Assembly: GCF_026151165.2 (NCBI RefSeq)
Contig: NZ_CP117849.1
Location: 547,258-579,257, forward strand
Length of the DNA: 32,000 nucleotides
Origin: Cryobacterium sp. SO2
GTDB lineage: Bacteria; Actinomycetota; Actinomycetes; Actinomycetales; Microbacteriaceae
Direction of reading: 5' to 3'
Shown here: piece after piece, positions 1 to 7,995 of the stretch
Layout of the letters: each line of letters begins with the position of its first letter
Numbering within the stretch: the stretch's first letter is position 1
Position numbers and translations under genes: made by a program
Notes under the pieces: generated by a model
Database searches by the model: none
What the model saw: only the letters and a program-made list of their open reading frames with translations
Told to the model about the DNA's origin: nothing

Positions 1-1
1 C

Positions 2-916
2 GAGGTGGCCGGCAGCCGCACCCAGCAGGCCCGCATCGGCATCCTCTTCGACTGGGACTCCTGGTGGGCGTCCGAGCTCGACTCGCACCCCACCGAGCTG
101 CTGCGCTACAAGGCCGAGGCCATGGCCTGGTACACCGCCGCGCTCGCGAACGGCCTGCAGGCCGACATCGTGCCGGCCCGCTCGGTGCTGGCCGGGCACG
201 GCCTGGCCGGTTACGACCTCGTCATCGCCCCGATGCTCTACCTGGTGCCGCAGGCGCTGGCGGATGCGCTCACCGACTACGCCCGCACCGGCGGCCACCT
301 GGTGGTCGGCGTGTTCTCCGGCATTGCCGACGCCGACGACCACATCCACCCCGGCGGCTACCCGGGCGCGTTCCGCGAGTTGCTCGGTGTGCGCGCGGAG
401 GAGTTCGGCGGCCTGCTCGCCGGCCAGACCGTGCGGCTCACCGGCGAGCTGCCGGCCGGGTCCACCGGTTCGCTGCTCACCCACGACGTCACCGTGCAGC
501 CCGACGTCGAGGTGCTCGCGCGCTTCGACGACGGCCCGTTCCCCGGCGTGCCGGCGATCACCAGCCGGATGCTACCGAGCCTCGCCGGCGCCGCCGGCCG
601 GGCCAGCTTCGTCGCCACGGTGCTCGACCCCGCCGCCCTCGCGGCGCTCGTCGGCCGGTTCGCGGCGCAGGCCGGCATCCAGTCATTGCTGCCGGAGGAG
701 GTGCACGGCACCGTGCAGCTCGCCGTGCGGCAGGGCGACACCCAGGACTACCTCTTTTACATCAACCACTCGGCGCGGGCGGTGACCGTGGCGCTCCGCC
801 CGGCCGACGGCCGGCTCAGTGCGCTCGACCTCGGCGGCAGCACTCTGGCCGCCGACACCCTGACCCTCCCGGCCACCGGCGTTGCCGTGCTCGGCCGCGC
901 ACGAACGGATCTTTGA
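2..916 (+). CDS. beta-galactosidase, GH42 family, C-terminal portion (5' end outside window)
   Basis: The frame is open from the window edge. The translation (ARIGILFDWDSWWASELDSHPT...YDLVIAPMLYLVP...GGHLVVGVFSGIAD...) matches the GH42 trimerisation/C-terminal domains as I know them. TGA at 914-916, 2 nt before the next ATG. Confidence 0.8.
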   Translation, partial: EVAGSRTQQARIGILFDWDSWWASELDSHPTELLRYKAEAMAWYTAALANGLQADIVPARSVLAGHGLAGYDLVIAPMLYLVPQALADALTDYARTGGHLVVGVFSGIADADDHIHPGGYPGAFRELLGVRAEEFGGLLAGQTVRLTGELPAGSTGSLLTHDVTVQPDVEVLARFDDGPFPGVPAITSRMLPSLAGAAGRASFVATVLDPAALAALVGRFAAQAGIQSLLPEEVHGTVQLAVRQGDTQDYLFYINHSARAVTVALRPADGRLSALDLGGSTLAADTLTLPATGVAVLGRARTDL

Positions 917-918
917 GC

Positions 919-2892
919 ATGGGCACCTTCGCGATCGGCGACACCGACTTCCTCCTCGACGGGCAGCCGTTCCAGGTGCTGGCCGGCGCCATCCACTACT
1001 TCCGGGTGCACCCGGACCACTGGGCCGACCGCATCCACAAGGCGAAGCTGATGGGCCTGAACACCATCGAGACCTATGTCGCCTGGAACGCGCACTCGCC
1101 CGCCCGCGGCGACTTCGACACCACCGGCCAGCTCGACCTGGCCCGGTTCCTCGACCTCATCGCCGCCGAGGGCCTGTACGCCATCGTGCGGCCCGGCCCG
1201 TTCATCTGCGCCGAGTGGGACAACGGGGGACTGCCCGGCTGGCTGTTCACCGACCCCGCCGTGGGCGTGCGCCGCAACGAACCGCTCTACATGGCGGCCG
1301 TGGCCGAGTACTTCGACCAGCTGCTGCCGATCGTGGCGTCCCGGCAGATCGACCGGGGCGGCCCCGTCATCCTCGTGCAGATCGAGAACGAGTACGGCGC
1401 CTACGGCAATGACAAGAGCTACCTGCGTGCCCTCGTGGAGCTCAACCGGGCCGGCGGCATCACGGTGCCGCTCACCACCATCGACCAACCCACCGACCAG
1501 ATGCTCTCCGACGGCAGCCTGCCCGAGCTGCACAAGACCGGCTCGTTCGGCTCTCGCGCCACCGAGCGCCTGGCCACCCTGCGCCGTCACCAGCCGACCG
1601 GCCCGCTGATGTGCGCCGAGTTCTGGAACGGCTGGTTCGACCACTGGGGCGCGCACCACCACACCACCTCCGCGGACGAGAGCGCCCGCGAGCTGGACGA
1701 CCTGCTCGCCACCGGCGCATCCGTGTCGCTGTACATGTTCACCGGCGGCACCAACTTCGGCTTCACCAACGGCGCCAACGACAAGGGCGTCTACCAGCCC
1801 ACCGTCACCTCCTACGACTACGACGCGCCCCTCTCCGAGAGCGGCGAGATCACGGCCAAGTACCTCGCCTTCCGCCAGGTGCTGGCCCGGTACGCGCCGG
1901 TGCCCGCCGAACTGCCCGCGCCCGCCACGGATGCGCCGGCCTTCACGGTGGCACTCGACGAGTCAGTCTCGCTCTGGGACGCGCTGCCCGAGCTGACCGA
2001 CACCGTCGCGCCGGCGGCGGCGCTCACCAGCAGCCCAGGAGTGCCCGCCGCATCCGGCCTGCCCAGCATCGCCGCCGCATCCGGCCTGCCCAGCATGGAT
2101 GCCCTCGGCCAGTACACGGGGTTCGCCCTGTATCGCAACCGGCTCACGCCGGGTGCCCGGGTGTTGTCGTTCGGCGAGGTGCGCGACCGCGCCCAGGTCT
2201 TCGTCGACGGCACCGCGGTGGGTGTGCTGCACCGCGACCACCACGACCGCTCGATCAGCCTGCCGCCGGGGGAGCGCCTCGACGTGCTCGTCGAAGACCA
2301 GGGCCGGGTCAACTACGGCCCGCGCATCGGCGAAGACAAGGGCCTGATCGGCCCGGCCACCCTCGACGGGGTGCAGCTCGGCGGCTGGCAGGTGCTGCCG
2401 CTGGATGTCGACGCTTTCGTCGCATCCGACAGCGCACTCTTCGCCGCGCAGCCGACCCACCGGGGCGCGGGGTCGCACGCCGTGGACCTGGACCTCGACG
2501 TGGATCTCGACCTCGCCGTGAACCTCACCCCCACCCCCACGCTCACCGCGCGGGCCACGGGTCCGAGCTCCACGGATGCCGCGGCCACCCTCACCCTGGT
2601 CCCGCCCGTCGACTCCGGGTCGCTCAGCGGTCCGGCGTTCGCGCGCGGCCGGTTCGACGCCCAGCCCGGCGTCGACCTGTTCCTCAGCACCGCCGGCTGG
2701 GGCAAGGGCCAGGCCTGGATCAACGGCTTCAACCTCGGCCGGTTCTGGGACCGCGGCCCGCAGACCACCCTCTACGTGCCCGGCCCGGCCTTGCGTGCGG
2801 AGAACGAGCTGGTCATCCTGTGCCTGCACGGCACCGAGAGCACCCTCGCCCGCTTCGTCTCCCGCCCCGACCTCGGCCACACCGACTTCTAA
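919..2892 (+). CDS. beta-galactosidase, GH35 family (657 aa)
   Basis: ATG at 919. The N-terminal catalytic domain reads FLLDGQPFQVLAGAIHYFRVHPDHWADRIHKAKLMGLNTIETYVAWNAHSP...PGPFICAEWDNGGLPGWL...QIENEYG, which is typical of GH35. The track ORF 64..2892 is the same frame read through from upstream. Confidence 0.9.
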   Translation: MGTFAIGDTDFLLDGQPFQVLAGAIHYFRVHPDHWADRIHKAKLMGLNTIETYVAWNAHSPARGDFDTTGQLDLARFLDLIAAEGLYAIVRPGPFICAEWDNGGLPGWLFTDPAVGVRRNEPLYMAAVAEYFDQLLPIVASRQIDRGGPVILVQIENEYGAYGNDKSYLRALVELNRAGGITVPLTTIDQPTDQMLSDGSLPELHKTGSFGSRATERLATLRRHQPTGPLMCAEFWNGWFDHWGAHHHTTSADESARELDDLLATGASVSLYMFTGGTNFGFTNGANDKGVYQPTVTSYDYDAPLSESGEITAKYLAFRQVLARYAPVPAELPAPATDAPAFTVALDESVSLWDALPELTDTVAPAAALTSSPGVPAASGLPSIAAASGLPSMDALGQYTGFALYRNRLTPGARVLSFGEVRDRAQVFVDGTAVGVLHRDHHDRSISLPPGERLDVLVEDQGRVNYGPRIGEDKGLIGPATLDGVQLGGWQVLPLDVDAFVASDSALFAAQPTHRGAGSHAVDLDLDVDLDLAVNLTPTPTLTARATGPSSTDAAATLTLVPPVDSGSLSGPAFARGRFDAQPGVDLFLSTAGWGKGQAWINGFNLGRFWDRGPQTTLYVPGPALRAENELVILCLHGTESTLARFVSRPDLGHTDF

Positions 2893-2905
2893 CCCCTTCC
2901 CGCCC

Positions 2906-2975
2906 CACTGTTCCCCATGCGGACAATTGCGTCCGGTGCGCCGGGCGCAAAAGTCCGATTCGGGCACAGTTGCAA
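2906..2975. repeat. family A ~70-bp nested palindrome, copy 1
   Basis: CACTGTTCCCCATGCGGACAATTGCGTCCGGTGCGCCGGGCGCAAAAGTCCGATTCGGGCACAGTTGC. Aligns with copies at 4906, 8665 and 10487. Confidence 0.85.
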
Positions 2976-3002
2976 CGCCTGGTGCGCCTGGTGCGCCCGT
3001 TC

Positions 3003-3113
3003 CGCTGGTTGAGCTTGTCGAAGCCAGGTGACCCGGTCTCGCTGGTTGAGCTTGTCGAAACCAGGTGACCCAGTCTCGCTGGTTGAGCTTGTCGAAACCA
3101 GGTGACCCAGTCT
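3003..3113. repeat. family D tandem array, 3 x 37 bp (CGCTGGTTGAGCTTGTCGAAACCAGGTGACCCAGTCT)
   Basis: Units start at 3003, 3040 and 3077 with only 2-3 substitutions. Each unit holds a CTGGTT/AACCAG hairpin and a GGTGACC palindrome. Confidence 0.9.
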
Positions 3114-3198
3114 GCGGTCCGCGCCTCGTGTGTATCCGCGGTGCCCGCATCCGCGCGCCCTGATGCTCGCGACGCATCCCACGCCCCCTCACCCTGCC

Positions 3199-3268
3199 GA
3201 GTTGCCCCACTGCGGACGAGTTGCCCCGGCGCACCGGAGCAACTCGTCCGTAGTGGGGCAACTCGCGC
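3199..3268. repeat. family B ~70-bp nested palindrome, intergenic copy
   Basis: GAGTTGCCCCACTG[CGGACGAGTTGC cccggcgcaccgga GCAACTCGTCCG]TAGTGGGGCAACTC. It has a perfect 12-bp inner stem and a 13-bp outer stem. Confidence 0.9.
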
Positions 3269-3279
3269 GCCGGATGCCC

Positions 3280-4692
3280 TCAGCCGCGACCGCCCACAGG
3301 CGGGCGCCGGTCGGCCCAGGGCTGCACGCGCTCCAGCTGGGCGCACACCGCGATCACCAGCTCCTCCGAGTTCGCCGGCCCCACCACCTGGCCGCTGAGC
3401 GGCAGCCCGTCCACGCTGAACCCGGTCGGGATCGCCGCTGCCGGGTTGCCCAGCACGTTCCAGATCGACGTGAACGATGCCGTGGGCGTCGCCGCGGCCA
3501 TCGCTGCCCAGAAACCGCGCCCGTCGAGCTGGCCCACAGGCACGGCGGGAGTGGGGGTGGTGGGCATCAGCAGCAGGTCGATGCCGTCGAACAGGCTGGC
3601 CAGAAACCGCTCGCCGTCGGCGATGCCGCGCCGCTCGGCGGCCGCACTGAACGCCAGCAACGGCCGGGCGATCCGCACCATCGTGCGGGTGCGCTTCTCC
3701 AGCAGCCGCGGATGCTCCACCCGCGCAGCCTCATCGCTCACCCCGCCGAGAACCTGCAGCATGAACGGCAGGGCCAGCTTCGGGTACGCGGGGGTAACTT
3801 CCACGACCTCGTGGCCGAGGTCACGCAGCGCCCGAGCCGTCCGGTGCAGGGCCTCCGTGGTCTCGGCATCCGCGGCCGGGCCGCCGCCGGGGTTCTTCAC
3901 CGCGAGCCCGATGCGCAGCCGGGCCGGCGCGGTCGTGGCGGCGGCCGCCAACGATCCGGTCCACGGCTGCGCGGAGAACCGGTCGGCCGCGGTGCTGCCC
4001 GCGACGGCGTCGTAGATCAGGGCGCTGTCGGCCACGCTGCGGGTCAGCGGGCCGAGCACCCCGAGGGAGCGCCAGAGGTCGGCGTTGGGCGCGGCGCTGA
4101 TCCGGCCCCGCTGCGGCTTGAGGCCGAACAGCCCGCAGTAGCTCGACGGCAGCCGGATCGACCCGCCGCCGTCGCCGCCGATACCGGCCGGCACCATGCC
4201 GCTGGCCACCGCGGCCGCGGTGCCGCCGCTCGAGCCGGCGGGGGAGCGCAGCGGATTCCACGGATTCCGGGTGTACCCGTTGGCGCTGGTCTCGGTCCAC
4301 GGCCAGATCCCGAATTCGGGCATCCGGGTCTTGCCCACGATCACGGCGCCGGCCGCGCGCAGCCGGCGCACCAGCTCGCTGTCCGCCGCGGCGGACGACG
4401 TCACGGATGCGCCGCCGTACGCGGTCGGCAGTCCCGCCACGTCGTTCTCGTCCTTGATGGCGATCGGCACCCCGTGCAACGGCCCACGCAGCCGGCCCTC
4501 CGCCTGCTCCCGGTCCAGCTCGTCCGCCTCGGCGAGGGCCTCGGCGCCGCGCACCCACGCGAAGGCGTTGAGCACCGGGTCGAGCCGGCCGATGCGCTCC
4601 AGACTGTGCTGCACTACCTCCCGCGCCGTCACCTCCCCGGTCGCGATCAGATCCCGCAGTTCACCAACGCCCCGAAATTCCAGATCGACCAC
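3280..4692 (-). CDS. amidase (amidase-signature family, 470 aa)
   Basis: GTG start at 4692, preceded by AAGGGGGA. The Gly/Ser-rich amidase signature AGSSGGTAAAVASG...GGSIRLPSSYCGLFGLKP is present. Confidence 0.9.
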   Translation of the reverse strand: MVDLEFRGVGELRDLIATGEVTAREVVQHSLERIGRLDPVLNAFAWVRGAEALAEADELDREQAEGRLRGPLHGVPIAIKDENDVAGLPTAYGGASVTSSAAADSELVRRLRAAGAVIVGKTRMPEFGIWPWTETSANGYTRNPWNPLRSPAGSSGGTAAAVASGMVPAGIGGDGGGSIRLPSSYCGLFGLKPQRGRISAAPNADLWRSLGVLGPLTRSVADSALIYDAVAGSTAADRFSAQPWTGSLAAAATTAPARLRIGLAVKNPGGGPAADAETTEALHRTARALRDLGHEVVEVTPAYPKLALPFMLQVLGGVSDEAARVEHPRLLEKRTRTMVRIARPLLAFSAAAERRGIADGERFLASLFDGIDLLLMPTTPTPAVPVGQLDGRGFWAAMAAATPTASFTSIWNVLGNPAAAIPTGFSVDGLPLSGQVVGPANSEELVIAVCAQLERVQPWADRRPPVGGRG

Positions 4693-4905
4693 GACGTTCC
4701 CCCTTCAGGTGCGGATGCCCGCACGTGCGGATGCCCGCAAATCGCGGACACCACCGAACTCTGAGTTCATCCTGCCGTGCTGCCCCGCCGCTGCGGGCCT
4801 CCCACGGGTCCGGCATGTAAACGCTGGGCTCACCAGTGTTAAAGCCTTGTTTCGGGAGGGGGCCCGCACGCCGCCCCGGCGGTCGCGCCGGGCCCACTCC
4901 CGTGC

Positions 4906-4975
4906 CAACTGTTCCCCGTACGGACAATTGCGCCCGGTGTGCCGGGACCATTTGTCCGGAGCGGGCACAGTTGCG
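4906..4975. repeat. family A nested palindrome, copy 2
   Basis: CAACTGTTCCCCGTACGGACAATTGCGCCCGGTGTGCCGGGACCATTTGTCCGGAGCGGGCACAGTTGCG, upstream of dnaX. Confidence 0.85.
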
Positions 4976-5133
4976 TGGGGTCCCGCACCGCGCGGCCGTC
5001 GGCGCCCGCACCCGGCGGCCGTCGGGCACTGCACCGTCCGGCTCCGGCATCGGGATGCCCGCGCTCGCCGCGCATCCGCCGCCCTGTGCACGACCCACCC
5101 GGGGTGTCGGTGGCAACAAGTACCATTGACCTC

Positions 5134-7995
5134 GTGGTTACCGCCCTGTATCGCCGTTACCGGCCAGAGACTTTTGCCGAAATGATCGGTCAGTCACAGG
5201 TGACCGATCCGCTCATGACCGCCCTGCGCACCAACAGGGTCAATCATGCCTACCTCTTCAGCGGACCCCGCGGCTGTGGTAAGACCACCTCCGCGCGCAT
5301 CCTGGCCCGCTGCCTCAACTGTGCAGAGGGCCCCACCGACACCCCCTGCGGCGTCTGCCCCAGCTGCGTCGAGCTCTCCCGCGACGGCAGCGGCTCCCTC
5401 GACGTGGTCGAAATCGACGCGGCCAGCCACAACGGTGTCGACGACGCCCGCGACATCCGCGAACGCGCCATCTTCGCGCCGGCCCGCGACCGCTACAAGA
5501 TCTTCATCCTCGACGAGGCGCACATGGTCACCCCGCAGGGCTTCAACGCGCTGCTCAAGATCGTGGAAGAGCCGCCGGAACACGTGAAGTTCATCTTCGC
5601 CACGACCGAGCCCGAGAAGGTCATCGGCACCATCCGCTCGCGCACCCACCACTACCCGTTCCGGCTGGTGCCGCCCGCACCCATGCTCGACTACGTGCAG
5701 CAGCTCTGCGACAGCGAGCACATGAGCGTTGCCCCCGGCGTGCTGCCGCTCGTGGTGCGCGCCGGCGGCGGCTCGCCCCGCGACACCCTCTCGCTGCTCG
5801 ACCAGCTGATGGCCGGCTCCGAGACGGATGCCATCGAGTACGAACGCGCCGTGGCCCTGCTCGGCTACACCAACGCGGCCCTGCTCGACGACGCCATCGA
5901 CGCCATCGCCGCCCGCGACTCGTCCTCGGCGTTCGACGCCGTCGACCGGGTGATCCAGACCGGCCAGGACCCGCGCCGCTTCGTCGAAGACCTGCTCGAG
6001 CGCATGCGCGACCTCATCATCGTGGCCGCCACCAGCGCCGCCGGTGCCGCCGCGGTGCTGCGCGGCGTGCCGCAGGACGAACTCGACCGGATGGCCGTGC
6101 AGGCCGCCAAGTTCGGCCCGGCCGAGCTGAGCCGCACCGCCGACATCCTCAACGCCGCCCTCACCGAGATGACCGGCGCCACCTCGCCGCGCCTGCACCT
6201 CGAACTCATGATCGCCCGCGCGCTCATCCCCGCCACCGACGACACCACCCGCGGCGCGCTCGCCCGCGTCGAACGCCTCGAACGCCGCATCGGCGTCGAC
6301 GGCGGCCCCACGGATGCGCCGGCCCCGGCCGCGCCCGCCGCCTCGGCCCCGCGCACGCCCGCCGCCCCGCCCGCCGGAGCCCCGTCCGCGGCCCCAGCTT
6401 CGAGTGCCGCCGCGCCGGCCGCAACCTCCCCGGCCTCGTCGGCGCCCGCCCCGGCCGGCTCGGGCTGGGCCACTCGCGTACCCGGAGCCCCGGCCGCAGT
6501 CCCTATCGAAACTGCCGCCGCCGACCGAGAGGCCTCCGGCGCCGTTCCGGCCGGGGCCGCTGCGTCCGCTGGCGCATCCGCCGGCGCAGGTTCCACCCCA
6601 GCCGCGGGTTCCACCGCCGGTGCGGCTTCCGCCACCGGAACCCCTGCCGCGTCTGGCGCGTCAGCCACCGGGGCTGCCGGCGCCGGAGCATCCGCCGCCA
6701 GCGGCCCGGTCACGCCCGCCGCCAGCCCGGCCGAACCCGCCGCGCCGGCCGCAGCTCCCGCGCGCCCGGTGGGCCCGGTCACCCTGGCGCAGATCAAGGA
6801 TGCCTGGCCGCAGATCCTCGACGCCGTCAAGGAGGTCAAGCTCAGCGCCTGGCTCGTCGTGTACACCGCGCGCGTGCTCGACCTGCGCGGCGAAGACGTG
6901 CTCGTGCTGTCCTTCCCCAGCGAGCAGGACATGCAGGGCTTCAAGGCGCAGCAGGCCCCTGGCCAGGGTGTCAGCGAGTTCCTCCGCGGCGCCATCGTCA
7001 AGGTGCTCGGTCTGCGCGTGAAGTTCATCGCCCGCGCCGACTCCGAGGCCTTCCCCTCGAACACCGGGCACGCCCCGGGCTCCGCTCCCGCCGCCGACCT
7101 GCCCTCCTCCGGACCAGTTGCCCCGGTGCAGCAGGGCAACTCGTCCGCTCCGGGGCAACTCGCGGATGCGCCGTCCCCGACTCCCTCCCGCGCGGCGCCG
7201 ACGGATGCCTCCGCGTCAGCGGATGCGCCGTCACTGGGCAGCACCCCGCCGGCGTCAGGCGCCCCCACCGCCGTGCCGTCAGCCGGTTCGTCCGCCTTCG
7301 GCGAGTCGTCCAGCAGCGCCACCGCAAGCGCCGGCGCAGCCACCTCAAGCGCCGGCGCAGCCACCTCAAGCACCGCCACCGCCACGCTCGCACCGCCCGC
7401 CACCTCCACCGGCTGGGCAACGGTGGTGATTCCCGGATCCGCCGCCGCCCTGGCCGCAGCCGAGACGGCAGCGACCGAGCCGGCCAGCATCGCCTCCTCC
7501 GCCAACGCGTCGGTCGCGGGTTCCCCCAGCGCGGCAACGGCAAGCGCGCCTGCGGTCTCCGCACCCGTTACCGGCTCGCCGGTCGCAGACGTCGGCCAGG
7601 GCGGACGAGCCGCGGCGTCGCAGTCGGCCCCAGAGCCCGACTACGCCCCCGAGCCCGACTTCGAGCCGCCCTTCGACGAGGAGCCGCCGCCCTACGACGA
7701 CCTCCCGCCCGACCCGCAGTCCTTCTCCGGTCCGCCGGAGACCGGTCGCGATGCCCGCTCGGCCCCGCAGCAGGCGCCGCGCCAACAGCAGGCCCCCGGC
7801 CAGTCGGCACCACCGGCATCCGCCCCGACCGCGCCGAACGCATCCGCCCAGCGCGGCGGCGCCCCGGCCCGCCGCTCGCCCGCGTTCGCGGAAAAGCAGC
7901 GTTACGGCGAGGCCGTGGTGCGCGAGATCCTCGGCGCCACCTTCATCGAAGAGCAGCCGCACGACCCGATCTCGCGACAGAGGAACGACAACTAA
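5134..7995 (+). CDS. dnaX: DNA polymerase III subunit gamma/tau (about 953 aa, very long low-complexity C-terminal half)
   Basis: VVTALYRRYRPETFAEMIGQSQV, Walker A GPRGCGKTT, zinc module CLNCAEGPTDTPCGVCPSC, DEAHM. GTG 5134 is chosen by N-terminal homology; GTG 5110 is an alternative start. The track ORF start at 4939 is upstream read-through. Confidence 0.9.
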   Translation: MVTALYRRYRPETFAEMIGQSQVTDPLMTALRTNRVNHAYLFSGPRGCGKTTSARILARCLNCAEGPTDTPCGVCPSCVELSRDGSGSLDVVEIDAASHNGVDDARDIRERAIFAPARDRYKIFILDEAHMVTPQGFNALLKIVEEPPEHVKFIFATTEPEKVIGTIRSRTHHYPFRLVPPAPMLDYVQQLCDSEHMSVAPGVLPLVVRAGGGSPRDTLSLLDQLMAGSETDAIEYERAVALLGYTNAALLDDAIDAIAARDSSSAFDAVDRVIQTGQDPRRFVEDLLERMRDLIIVAATSAAGAAAVLRGVPQDELDRMAVQAAKFGPAELSRTADILNAALTEMTGATSPRLHLELMIARALIPATDDTTRGALARVERLERRIGVDGGPTDAPAPAAPAASAPRTPAAPPAGAPSAAPASSAAAPAATSPASSAPAPAGSGWATRVPGAPAAVPIETAAADREASGAVPAGAAASAGASAGAGSTPAAGSTAGAASATGTPAASGASATGAAGAGASAASGPVTPAASPAEPAAPAAAPARPVGPVTLAQIKDAWPQILDAVKEVKLSAWLVVYTARVLDLRGEDVLVLSFPSEQDMQGFKAQQAPGQGVSEFLRGAIVKVLGLRVKFIARADSEAFPSNTGHAPGSAPAADLPSSGPVAPVQQGNSSAPGQLADAPSPTPSRAAPTDASASADAPSLGSTPPASGAPTAVPSAGSSAFGESSSSATASAGAATSSAGAATSSTATATLAPPATSTGWATVVIPGSAAALAAAETAATEPASIASSANASVAGSPSAATASAPAVSAPVTGSPVADVGQGGRAAASQSAPEPDYAPEPDFEPPFDEEPPPYDDLPPDPQSFSGPPETGRDARSAPQQAPRQQQAPGQSAPPASAPTAPNASAQRGGAPARRSPAFAEKQRYGEAVVREILGATFIEEQPHDPISRQRNDN
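7096..7169 (+). repeat. family B nested palindrome embedded in-frame in dnaX
   Basis: GACCTGCCCTCCTCCGGACCAGTTGCCCCGGTGCAGCAGGGCAACTCGTCCGCTCCGGGGCAACTCGCGGATGC. Translated as ADLPSSGPVAPVQQGNSSAPGQLADA. Confidence 0.8.

Noticed and set aside
64-2892. A 942-aa track ORF that would fuse upstream sequence to the GH35 gene. The same region also has many nested ORFs (264..785, 757..1662 minus, 1611..3068, 1963..3261 minus, and others).
   Set aside because: Upstream of 919 the translation is Arg/Pro/Gly-rich nonsense in a frame that overlaps the well-supported GH42 frame. The recognisable GH35 sequence begins at ATG 919. The other ORFs are off-frame or antisense read-throughs typical of high-GC DNA.
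4693-5133. SRP RNA (ffs), which I expected upstream of dnaX by actinobacterial synteny.
   Set aside because: I could not find the conserved domain IV sequence (GGAAG..AGCAGC-type motif with a GNRA loop) on either strand. A covariance-model scan (Rfam RF00169) would settle this.
5865-7505. Long antisense ORFs opposite real genes: 5865..7505 and 7366..8811 (dnaX/recR), 9147..10508 (ask), 12700..14235 and 14334..16187 (GGDEF-EAL/kinase), 18580..19545 (GT2), 22653..23549 (mqo), 27592..28854 and 28515..30650 (kinase/membrane protein).
   Set aside because: Their translations are low-complexity (Ala/Gly/Arg/Asp/His-rich) with no recognisable motifs, while the opposite strand encodes clearly identifiable proteins.
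5134-7995. Programmed -1 frameshift in dnaX, as in E. coli gamma/tau.
   Set aside because: No A AAA AAG-type slippery heptamer with a downstream hairpin is visible. The mechanism is not known to be general outside enterobacteria.
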